A DNA stretch of 64,000 nucleotides, from IMG/VR virus record IMGVR_UViG_3300024581_003792, positions 127,006 through 191,005 of that record, one strand, 5' to 3'. The DNA is from a virus. Below the pieces are notes generated by a model. The model did not search any database. It had not been told where the DNA came from and worked only from the letters and a program-made list of their open reading frames with translations. Made by a program: the position numbers and the translations under genes. This document shows positions 38,648 to 46,306 of the stretch, one piece after another (positions within the stretch are counted from its first letter, which is position 1; each line of letters opens with the position of its first letter).

Positions 38648-39184
38648 ATGAACTTATTATATAAGACCCGAACATATTTAGTTGGGCATATGCAATATCT
38701 TAGTGGTCGCGATTGGCGCCAAGAGGTGACTGAAAAACTTGAGCCCCTTAATATCACTTGCTTTAATCCTTACGAGAAACCATTCATGAAAGACGTTGAA
38801 GAAGACGAAGCTTCACGCCAAGAAATGGAAACATGGATGAAAACAAAACAATATGATCGCGTAACTGAAAAAATGAAAACTGTTCGTGCATATGATTTAA
38901 ATCTTGTGGATCGCAGTGATTTTATTGTAGCTCATTTAGTTCCTGATGTTGCAAGTTGGGGAAGTGCCGAAGAAATCGTCACGGCTGTACGCATGAAAAA
39001 ACCTATTTTTATTAGTATGGAAGGCGGCAAATCAAAAACACCTCTTTGGATGCTAGGAATGTTGCCCCATAAATTTATTTATAATAATCTTGACGAAGTC
39101 ATAGAAATGTTGTATGCTATAGATAATGGCAGCAAACCAATTGACTCAGATAGATGGAGATTACTAAGAAAGGAATATAGATAA
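38648..39184 (+). CDS. Nucleoside 2-deoxyribosyltransferase-like / nucleotide N-glycosidase
   Basis: YLVG.M, DWR, CFNP, DL..VDRSDFIVA, WGSAEE catalytic-Glu-like motif. Confidence 0.7.
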   Translation: MNLLYKTRTYLVGHMQYLSGRDWRQEVTEKLEPLNITCFNPYEKPFMKDVEEDEASRQEMETWMKTKQYDRVTEKMKTVRAYDLNLVDRSDFIVAHLVPDVASWGSAEEIVTAVRMKKPIFISMEGGKSKTPLWMLGMLPHKFIYNNLDEVIEMLYAIDNGSKPIDSDRWRLLRKEYR

Positions 39185-39185
39185 C

Positions 39186-39269
39186 ATGGACTTCGGAACA
39201 ATAATAATAATGTCAATTATCTTTGGTTACATACTATGTAAAAACACCGGAGAAATTAGAAAATTCTAG
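39186..39269 (+). CDS. 27-aa single-TM peptide (not in ORF track)
   Basis: MDFGTIIIMSIIFGYILCKNTGEIRKF; ATG 1 nt after the upstream stop. Confidence 0.45.
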   Translation: MDFGTIIIMSIIFGYILCKNTGEIRKF

Positions 39270-39297
39270 ATTTTATATTAATATAAACAATACAATT

Positions 39298-39549
39298 ATG
39301 TCAGATAATAAAGAAAATAAAGAGTGGAATGACCGAGAAATCGGCGCATTATGGGTTAATGCAAAGCAAGGTAGCAACGAAAAGTACCTTACAGGACAGA
39401 TCAACGGCGCAAAAGTGATCATGTTCAAAAATAAGTACAAGGATGACAATCCCAAGGCTCCTGACTTTCGCATTTACAAACAGAAAGATCAAGAAGAAGG
39501 TGCCGCTAAAGTAGCTGTCCAAGAAGAACCTGAAGAAGATCTTATTTAA
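39298..39549 (+). CDS. DUF736-like putative ssDNA-binding protein
   Basis: IGALW..YLTG..VIMFKN.YK..PDFRI with an acidic tail EEPEEDLI; ATG 39298 preferred. Confidence 0.6.
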   Translation: MSDNKENKEWNDREIGALWVNAKQGSNEKYLTGQINGAKVIMFKNKYKDDNPKAPDFRIYKQKDQEEGAAKVAVQEEPEEDLI

Positions 39550-40670
39550 TGAATACTAAGTACGGATTAGTCTGCGTTTCTAAAATCTTACAACAAGAGG
39601 ATCAATCAAATTCTTTTGTTGGGATTACCCGTAAAGCTTACTCTGAACTCGCCTCCGAAAAAGGAGATCAAGAGGCCAGAAGAAAGCTGAAAGATGAAAT
39701 ACTTCATAATCTTAATTTGACCGTTAAGATTATAGACTTCTGCCGTGACAGTAACATTGATCATTACAGGTTAAACACCTCGATCTTCGGGATTCTATCT
39801 GATCCTTCTTTTGATTTGTCGGTGCATGATTTGCCTCAGAAAAACGAAATTTTTGAAGCTATCAAAGAGATTGGGAGAACTTCCATAACCAAAGGAGTCT
39901 CCCTTTCTCTGCAGCCCGATAAATTCTGCAAACTCATTGATGATGATGATGGAGTTGTAGAAAAATCAATCAAAGAAATCAATTTCTACTCTTGGTTTCT
40001 AGATGAAATAGGCACACAAGAAAATATTTCGGCGCCGATACATTTACATTTAAATTCACAACCAGACAAACAAGATCATGATTCCTATTGTGACTTCGCA
40101 GATCGGTTCTACGAAAATTTTAAAGAGCTAGATGCTGGAGCGCAAAAAAGACTTGTATTAAAGAATGCAGATCATGGAGTCTGGAGTGCGTTTAATTTAT
40201 TTAAATACTTACATGTTTATTGCTATGAGGAGCATGACTTTGGCTTTCCGTTGGCTTACAATAATTTATTTGATGTTTTAAACCCTTCAAAAATAGATAA
40301 CTCCGTGGTTGAGCAACAGATAAACGTCGGAGCATTTCACGAGACGTGGCATGGGGTTGTGCCTGTTTTCACTTGGACTGAATCCAAGAGCCCCGAACAA
40401 CCTAGGGCGTTAGCAAATGAACTTTCCGCCCATATCCCTGATTTTGGTTACCAAATTAAATGGGAAGTTGATGTTAGCGATAAAGACATTGCTATACTTA
40501 AATTATTTAGTGAAGATGGACCAAGCAGAATCTCTGAAGAAGCACTTCGCAAGATCACTCGGGGAAGATATCAAAAAGTTACAAATAATTATAACGCATT
40601 ATACGAAGCTGCCAGACAAGTAAAGATTGTATCGCAAGATGGTCAAGGTGAAATAATCGATGGCCAATAA
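39549..40670 (+). CDS. uvsE: UV-damage endonuclease (UvsE/UvdE) homologue, apparently metal-ligand-depleted
   Basis: GLVC, HNL.LT.KII, YRL.TSIF, P.KF..L, V.EKSIKE, RLVL.N.D follow the UvdE TIM-barrel order. Confidence 0.7.
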   Translation: MNTKYGLVCVSKILQQEDQSNSFVGITRKAYSELASEKGDQEARRKLKDEILHNLNLTVKIIDFCRDSNIDHYRLNTSIFGILSDPSFDLSVHDLPQKNEIFEAIKEIGRTSITKGVSLSLQPDKFCKLIDDDDGVVEKSIKEINFYSWFLDEIGTQENISAPIHLHLNSQPDKQDHDSYCDFADRFYENFKELDAGAQKRLVLKNADHGVWSAFNLFKYLHVYCYEEHDFGFPLAYNNLFDVLNPSKIDNSVVEQQINVGAFHETWHGVVPVFTWTESKSPEQPRALANELSAHIPDFGYQIKWEVDVSDKDIAILKLFSEDGPSRISEEALRKITRGRYQKVTNNYNALYEAARQVKIVSQDGQGEIIDGQ

Positions 40671-40728
40671 TATACTGTAATAAAATACAAAATTTTGGTA
40701 TATACTTTATAGTTCTTTAATATTTTAT

Positions 40729-41096
40729 GGGCGTGTACTGGATTCGATTTAAATTGGATTAGTATACTGCAAGTAGGAGTTGCATCTGGCTCCTAAAAAA
40801 GGTGCAAAAGTTTACATGGCAATAAAGCACGTGTTAAGACCTTTGGTTTTCGCAAGACTGCCAAGGTCGCAATGGCAGCATAACGTCTGTCACCTCGTAA
40901 CTTTTGACGCAGATAAAAAGATTACGGGGTCATCAATCTGCAAAACAGATAAAAGTTTTCCTGTATCATAAACTGTCAATAATTGAAACAAGAAGTTGGA
41001 TGTTAATATCATAACTTTAAAAAAAATTAACTAAACTTGTAGATGTATATTCTTGAAGGTTTAAAGACGGGAGTTCGACTCTCCCCACGTCCACCA
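40729..41096 (+). ncRNA. ssrA: tmRNA (one-piece, 368 nt)
   Basis: Acceptor stem GGGCGUG/CACGUCC-ACCA with G3.U, T-arm GGGAG-UUCGACU-CUCCC, PK1 (GGAGU/GCUCC, UGCAUCU/AGGUGCA), pairings for PK2-PK4 and helix 2. Confidence 0.95.
40818..40883 (+). other. tmRNA tag reading frame (A)GNKARVKTFGFRKTAKVAMAA*
   Basis: Resume codon GGC preceded by UACAU (UA at -5/-4 as in canonical tmRNA); ends GCA GCA UAA inside helix 5. Confidence 0.8.
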
Positions 41097-41103
41097 TTTT
41101 ACT

Positions 41104-42384
41104 ATGAAACCTAACGAATTAAACAGAAGAGAATTTATTGCTAGAGCCGCCAAATCTTACTTGGGGGTAGGCTTGATGCCGCTAGTTGGATCTTACATCC
41201 ATGATAATGCATATGCCCTTACTCCAGGTGCTCGCCCCGCAAAAGCACGGCATGTTATTTATTTAAATATGGCTGGAGCAATGTCGCATCTAGACACTCT
41301 TGACCCGAAACCTCAAAGCCCCGATGTTCAAGGTCCGGTTGAAGCTATACAAACAAGCGTTGATAATGTATTTCTTTCCGAAAATTTGCCTACAGTTGCT
41401 AGGCATATGCACAATGCAGCTATTGTTCGCTCAGTTACCAGTAATCAAGGCGCACATGAACAGGCTAGTTATCTTATGCACACAAGCTACCAGAAGCGCG
41501 GCACTATTGTACACCCGACTTTTGGCAGTTGGGTTGCAAAACTTTCTGGCTCGATCAACAGAACTATTCCTGCGAATGTCAAGATCGGCGGCGGAGGAGG
41601 CGGAGCTGGCTTCTTAGAATCTCGCTACGGAGCTTTACCCTTAAGAAACCCCAAGGCAGGATTAGCCAACAGCTCGATGGCTGATTATCTAGACAGCACA
41701 CAATTTAATGATAGAATAAAAGCTGCAGAACAATTAAACGCAGTATTTAGTGAACAATATAATCAAAAACAAATTCGTGCTTATACTGATCTATATAAAG
41801 ATGCAGTAAAATTAATGCAGAGTGAAGATTTAAAAGCATTTGATATTTCTGCTGAACCAGAAGCTATGACTGAACTTTATGGCGCTAGTAATTTCGGACA
41901 AGGATGTTTACTAGCAAGAAGATTAATCGAGAATAAAGTTCGCTATGTTGAAGTAACTCGTGGAGGGTGGGATACACATGACAACAACTTTGATCGCGTG
42001 GCTGCTAATTGCGCGGATATTGACAAAGCCTTAGGCGCATTACTGTTTGATCTAGAAATGCGGGGCTTACTTGATGAAACACTTGTTGTTTTGACCTCAG
42101 AGTTCGGAAGAACTCCAAAGATTAACCCAAGAGACGGCAGAGATCATTGGCCAAAAGCTTTCTCAGCATTTTTTGCAGGAGGAGCTGTAAAAGGCGGTAC
42201 AATATACGGTCAAAGCGATGATAAAGGTATGGAAGTTGAACAAAATCCAGTTAAGCCTGAAGATTTGAACGCAACAATAGCGTATGCGCTTGGCCTGTCA
42301 CTCAACGATATACATTATTCTCCGTCTGGGCGACCATTTCAAATTGCTCATAAAGGTGAGCCAATCTTAGATATACTTTCTTAA
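41104..42384 (+). CDS. DUF1501-family protein with Tat signal
   Basis: NRREFI twin-arginine signal, GAMSHLDTLDPKP, GGWDTH, SEFGRTP, RDHWP. Confidence 0.88.
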   Translation: MKPNELNRREFIARAAKSYLGVGLMPLVGSYIHDNAYALTPGARPAKARHVIYLNMAGAMSHLDTLDPKPQSPDVQGPVEAIQTSVDNVFLSENLPTVARHMHNAAIVRSVTSNQGAHEQASYLMHTSYQKRGTIVHPTFGSWVAKLSGSINRTIPANVKIGGGGGGAGFLESRYGALPLRNPKAGLANSSMADYLDSTQFNDRIKAAEQLNAVFSEQYNQKQIRAYTDLYKDAVKLMQSEDLKAFDISAEPEAMTELYGASNFGQGCLLARRLIENKVRYVEVTRGGWDTHDNNFDRVAANCADIDKALGALLFDLEMRGLLDETLVVLTSEFGRTPKINPRDGRDHWPKAFSAFFAGGAVKGGTIYGQSDDKGMEVEQNPVKPEDLNATIAYALGLSLNDIHYSPSGRPFQIAHKGEPILDILS

Positions 42385-42392
42385 ACAAAGAA

Positions 42393-42420
42393 GCCCCCTA
42401 TTGCTAGGGGGCCTTACTTT
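42393..42420. terminator. Bidirectional intrinsic terminator between convergent genes
   Basis: GCCCCCTA-TTGC-TAGGGGGC hairpin with A-rich left and T-rich right flanks; a second hairpin GTTAGC-TTTC-GCTAAC at 42427-42442. Confidence 0.8.
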
Positions 42421-42447
42421 TGGAGAGTTAGCTTTCGCTAACGGCAA

Positions 42448-43254
42448 TTATTCGGGGCGTTTGCCTAAAGGTTTTCCGTCTTGGCCAATTTCGCCAGCTC
42501 TAATTTTTGTAGCAGATACTTCTTGTAGTTCTTTGCTTAACTCAAGTTGTTCGATATTGTAACCAACACCTCTGCCATAAAACACATCCATGATATTCGG
42601 TAGTTCAACAACTTTAATTTTATTGCCAAATTCTACGCATGCAGAATGAATCTCTGCTTTTACTTTATCAAAGTCATATGGATTTTTTTCATCGATTCCA
42701 CCCACATCTCTTAGCGCTATACAGCACTGCCCAGTTCTTTTGATTGCTTCTGCAACTAAAGTTTTATGTCCAATATGAAAAGGTTGATATCTACCTATGA
42801 GAAGCGCGGTTGGAGCTTGATTATCCCATTTTTCTGTCTCGTTTAATTTTTCTACGACTTTTTCTGCCCATTCATCTGCTGTGCCTTCAGTTAATCTAAC
42901 ATCATAGTTAAGTGGGCGCTCAAACATTTTATTAGTATCCTCGTATCTGCCCTCCATGATTCTATCTACCCATACTACAAAGTCGGCGCCAAAAGCTTTT
43001 CGTGTTTCTTGTGTCGGGCATACGAAGTCGGCGATAACATATCCTCCACCTAGCTTAGCCCAATCGCAAAGCTTCCCCATTCTTGTGGCATGCGCTAATC
43101 TATCTTCTGGTGAAAATCCTAACTCTGAATATATATCCTGCCTAACTGCATCTGCATTAAACCATGCGGCGTTAAGTTTCCGAACTAAGATTTCGGCTAA
43201 TGTTGTCTTTCCTGAGCCAGGAAGACCCATAATGAGAATTTTTCTTTTAGTCAT
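42448..43254 (-). CDS. APS-kinase-like P-loop kinase fused to an HxGH nucleotidyltransferase
   Basis: GLPGSGKTTLA, NADAVR, DFVCP, then GRYQPFHIGH and VSATKIR; ATG 43254 preferred. Confidence 0.78.
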   Translation of the reverse strand: MTKRKILIMGLPGSGKTTLAEILVRKLNAAWFNADAVRQDIYSELGFSPEDRLAHATRMGKLCDWAKLGGGYVIADFVCPTQETRKAFGADFVVWVDRIMEGRYEDTNKMFERPLNYDVRLTEGTADEWAEKVVEKLNETEKWDNQAPTALLIGRYQPFHIGHKTLVAEAIKRTGQCCIALRDVGGIDEKNPYDFDKVKAEIHSACVEFGNKIKVVELPNIMDVFYGRGVGYNIEQLELSKELQEVSATKIRAGEIGQDGKPLGKRPE

Positions 43255-43259
43255 GAAAT

Positions 43260-43268
43260 ATATTACAT
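43260..43268 (-). promoter_or_regulatory. GTGTA-class variant (ATG-TAATAT)
   Basis: One mismatch; ATG 6 nt downstream on the minus strand. Confidence 0.4.
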
Positions 43269-43295
43269 CTAAAATCATTTTTGAAGAAAAAAAAC

Positions 43296-43324
43296 TTGAC
43301 TTTCAATTCAATATCTAGTATACT
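43296..43324 (+). promoter_or_regulatory. Sigma70-type promoter
   Basis: TTGACT-17-TATACT preceded by an A-tract (UP-like). Confidence 0.85.
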
Positions 43325-43337
43325 CTTTTTATTAATT

Positions 43338-43550
43338 ATGAAAATCATTAGAAAAAATGTAACTAAGGATGCAGACTCAGTCTATGTTGTAACTAGACAT
43401 GGTCGCAGAGTCGAAGAAGTTAATTATAAAGTGAAGCACGAGGCAGAGTATCGAGCTTATCAACTTCAAGATATGGTCAAACAATATGATCACACTTCAG
43501 TGGGTAAAATTGATATAGTTTACACTTCTAAACCATATAAAATTTATTAA
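43338..43550 (+). CDS. Hypothetical protein
   Basis: 70-aa ORF from the first ATG after the promoter, coupled to dut. Confidence 0.7.
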   Translation: MKIIRKNVTKDADSVYVVTRHGRRVEEVNYKVKHEAEYRAYQLQDMVKQYDHTSVGKIDIVYTSKPYKIY

Positions 43551-43978
43551 TGAAAGTAAAGTTCAAAAAATTAGTACCTCACGCAGTTGAGCCTACTCAA
43601 GCTAATTCAAGTGACGCAGGGTATGACCTTACAGCTACTTCATTAAGTTACCCTAGCGTTTCTGATGGAGTTTACACAGAGATATGTACAGGTCTTGCTT
43701 TTGAGATACCCAAAGGTTACGTTGGATTAGTTTTCCCAAGATCAAGCATCAGTAAAACAAAGCATTTTCTTCGCAATTCTGTAGGTGTTATCGATAGCGG
43801 TTATAGAGGGGAAGTTAAATTACGTTTTTCTACTGATGAAACAAACACTTCGTATAAAATTGGGGACAGAGTCGGTCAGATAGTTTTTGTTAAATTACCT
43901 AAGATTGAATTAACAGAATCAACAGATTTGTCTGATTCACAAAGAAATACAGGAGGATTTGGTAGCAGTGGCTCTTAA
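43550..43978 (+). CDS. dut: Trimeric dUTPase
   Basis: AGYDL, PRSS, GVIDSGYRGEV, RVGQ, RNTGGFGSSG. Confidence 0.95.
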   Translation: MKVKFKKLVPHAVEPTQANSSDAGYDLTATSLSYPSVSDGVYTEICTGLAFEIPKGYVGLVFPRSSISKTKHFLRNSVGVIDSGYRGEVKLRFSTDETNTSYKIGDRVGQIVFVKLPKIELTESTDLSDSQRNTGGFGSSGS

Positions 43979-44186
43979 TAATTTTTTTATCAACTATTGT
44001 CTCAATAAGTTTTGTCCTTACTTATTGATCTCATTCTTATTATTTTATAATTCAGGTCTTGATTTATGGAAGGGTATTGCTGTATGCTTGGCCTGTTTTT
44101 TTCTGGATCGCTTTGCGTTTAAGGCTGGCTACAGTGTCGCCTATTGTGAATCTCGTAATATAGACATTTCTCCTAACGATGAATAA
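43968..44186 (+). CDS. Small membrane protein (start uncertain)
   Basis: Two hydrophobic stretches; fills the gap and overlaps the next start. Confidence 0.5.
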   Translation: MALNNFFINYCLNKFCPYLLISFLLFYNSGLDLWKGIAVCLACFFLDRFAFKAGYSVAYCESRNIDISPNDE

Positions 44187-44436
44187 AATCTTGAATAAAT
44201 TAAATTCTTTTTCCTATAAAATTAAACAAGCTATTTCGGGCCAAAAATACTATTTAGTATACCGATGTGCTGATAAAAAAATTAAAACCTATTTAATAGG
44301 AGACATTGATTTGTACAAATCTTTTGGAAACAAATCAGAGCAAAGAGACAATGCAGGTTTTCGTGCGTATTGTTTTGCTCGGAAACAGATTAGATCATTC
44401 AGGCATGATCGCATTGTATCCCTTACAAAGAAATAA
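44179..44436 (+). CDS. Hypothetical protein (WYL-like RSFRHDRI ending possible)
   Basis: 85-aa basic ORF; C-terminal AYCFARKQIRSFRHDRI. Confidence 0.65.
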   Translation: MNKILNKLNSFSYKIKQAISGQKYYLVYRCADKKIKTYLIGDIDLYKSFGNKSEQRDNAGFRAYCFARKQIRSFRHDRIVSLTKK

Positions 44437-44438
44437 TT

Positions 44439-45026
44439 TTGGATATTTTTTTATCTATTTGTTTTGTTTTAGCCGTATTTGTATGGATTTATACGCAATA
44501 TTCTCACAGCCCCAAACCTCAAGAGTCTACTTCTCAAACAGAAATAGACAAACTCCTCGACAGAGAAAAAAACAAAGAAATAATACATAATCAACAACTA
44601 GATAATTTACATAACGAAATAAACTTGTTGAAAAACAAATCAACAGAACTTAATATACAAAATAATAATTTACAAAAAGCATATAGTGATCTAGAAAAAG
44701 ACTATATTAAAAATAAGAACGACTTAGAAAATCAAATATTTGAGATTTCTGAACAAAAAAAGAAAGTAACATCCCAAAAGAAAAGTAGTGAAGTACGACT
44801 TGGACATATCGCCGAAACTTTGGCTCCCTTTCTCGATCAATTTGAATTTGATCCTGAAACTTGTGTCTTTTTAGGAAAACCTATTGACTATATATCTTTT
44901 GGAGACGATGAAATCACGCTTATCGAGGTTAAAAGTGGCAAAAGCCAGCTTAATTCTAAGCAACGCCACATCAGAGATCAAGTAAAAGCTAAACTTGTAT
45001 CTTGGAAAGAAGTAAGAATTCAGTAA
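44439..45026 (+). CDS. TM-anchored coiled-coil protein with Holliday-junction-resolvase-like PD-(D/E)XK domain
   Basis: N-terminal TM, coiled coil, GHIAETLAPFL, FLGKPIDYISF, IEVKSG..L...QR.IR. Confidence 0.8.
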   Translation: MDIFLSICFVLAVFVWIYTQYSHSPKPQESTSQTEIDKLLDREKNKEIIHNQQLDNLHNEINLLKNKSTELNIQNNNLQKAYSDLEKDYIKNKNDLENQIFEISEQKKKVTSQKKSSEVRLGHIAETLAPFLDQFEFDPETCVFLGKPIDYISFGDDEITLIEVKSGKSQLNSKQRHIRDQVKAKLVSWKEVRIQ

Positions 45027-45051
45027 ATTTTTTATTAACACAAACATAGTT

Positions 45052-45708
45052 ATGAATACTACTAAAATCATTGTGACAACCCTTCTTGGGTTTATTATTA
45101 ACGCCGCTTCTGCGCAGAATTTCTCCGCTAATTTGGGCTATGCCTCCGATTATTTTTACCGAGGTGCCTTAAAGTCAGAGGAAGCTGTCCAAAGCTCTAT
45201 CGGATTTGATACCGAAGTCGGAGGTTTCGGGCTTTCAGCCAGTGCCTTCACGAATCAATCGGTAGATGTTGGTTCAGACTCGTATCAGCTTGCATTAGGT
45301 GCTAGCAAATCTTTTGCTGATGATTTGGTGACCGCGTATGGAGGTCTTAATCACTTTGAAGATATTGATGGAGAAGCTCTTTTTGAGGCTGCGATTTCAT
45401 TGTCTGCAAACGTGCTTCTTTCTCCTACTCTTAATCTTTATCGTTCTATTGACGGCGAAGATCTTTTCACTTGGGAAGTAGGGGTCAATCATAAGTTTGA
45501 TCTTGATGTTGTTGCGCTCTGCGTTCATGGCTTATATGGTGAGACAGACTTGACTTCTTCACTTGATTCTGATTATTATGTTCTTGGAGCAAAAGCGTCC
45601 AAAGCAATTTCCGATTCAGCTGATTTATCAGTCGGGGCAGATTTTGTTGATTCAGACCTAACCGACAGAGAGTGGGTTTTTTCAACAGCCGTTTCAATCA
45701 ATTTCTAA
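45052..45708 (+). CDS. TorF/TIGR02001-like outer-membrane beta-barrel
   Basis: Signal peptide ending ASA, FSANLGYASDYFYRG, alternating beta strands, terminal Phe (AVSINF). Confidence 0.7.
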   Translation: MNTTKIIVTTLLGFIINAASAQNFSANLGYASDYFYRGALKSEEAVQSSIGFDTEVGGFGLSASAFTNQSVDVGSDSYQLALGASKSFADDLVTAYGGLNHFEDIDGEALFEAAISLSANVLLSPTLNLYRSIDGEDLFTWEVGVNHKFDLDVVALCVHGLYGETDLTSSLDSDYYVLGAKASKAISDSADLSVGADFVDSDLTDREWVFSTAVSINF

Positions 45709-45727
45709 TTAACCCCTAATAAAAATT

Positions 45728-45985
45728 ATGAAAGATACACTAGAAAAAATTACTTGTGCAGTAAAAGGAATTGCTGTTACATTGTTAAGCGTACTTGGAC
45801 TACTTATTATTGTTCAAGCTGTATTCGGGGAGTCCGCTCCTGTTAATGTTATCGGTAACCTTGAAGGTTTGCTTGGTGGTTTTGTTGGCACAGGCGCCGA
45901 CTTTACTTCCTTTGTGACTTTAGTGTTGGTTGTTGCTCTTATTGGCAAGTTAAGTTGCGATAGTGGTAACTGTAAATCCAAATAA
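45728..45985 (+). CDS. Small two-helix membrane protein
   Basis: Hydrophobic segments around FGESAPVNVIGNL. Confidence 0.7.
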   Translation: MKDTLEKITCAVKGIAVTLLSVLGLLIIVQAVFGESAPVNVIGNLEGLLGGFVGTGADFTSFVTLVLVVALIGKLSCDSGNCKSK

Positions 45986-46006
45986 CTTTTGGTTATAGGT
46001 TGACTG

Positions 46007-46034
46007 AGGGCGCCTTTCGGGGCGCCCTTTTTTT
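46007..46034 (+). terminator. Intrinsic terminator
   Basis: AGGGCGCCT-TTCG-GGGCGCCCT followed by a T run. Confidence 0.92.
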
Positions 46035-46062
46035 GATATTGAAAAAATTTTCGAAACGCAAG

Positions 46063-46091
46063 TTGAATTATAGTGGACTATATATTACAAT
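46063..46091 (+). promoter_or_regulatory. Sigma70-type promoter with palindromic spacer
   Basis: TTGAAT-17-TACAAT; spacer contains TATAGT-GG-ACTATA. Confidence 0.65.
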
Positions 46092-46099
46092 AGAATTAG

Positions 46100-46306
46100 A
46101 TGGACGACGAATTTGAAGAACCAACAGGCCCAAGGGACTACGACGAGCAGACAGATGCATTTCGTTTTGACTTAGATGATCTAGTCGAGCGGTACTTGCA
46201 TGAGTTCGACATAAACACAATCACTATGATTGGTGCGCTACAAGAAAAAATTCAAGAATTAGTAAATGATGGAAGTTTTGAATCTGATATAGAAATTGAT
46301 GAATAA
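46100..46306 (+). CDS. Small acidic hypothetical protein
   Basis: 68-aa D/E-rich ORF. Confidence 0.7.
   Translation: MDDEFEEPTGPRDYDEQTDAFRFDLDDLVERYLHEFDINTITMIGALQEKIQELVNDGSFESDIEIDE

Noticed and set aside
40780-40971. 63-aa ORF inside the tmRNA
   Set aside because: Out of frame with the tag ORF and overlapping pseudoknots; explained by the RNA.
41061-41096. Stand-alone tRNA gene
   Set aside because: The T-arm and CCA belong to the tmRNA tRNA-like domain; no anticodon arm, and no other cloverleaf was noticed in the window.
41060-41104. Prophage or island attachment site at the ssrA 3' end
   Set aside because: No second copy of the tmRNA 3' end and no integrase seen; phage-type genes and promoters continue on both sides.
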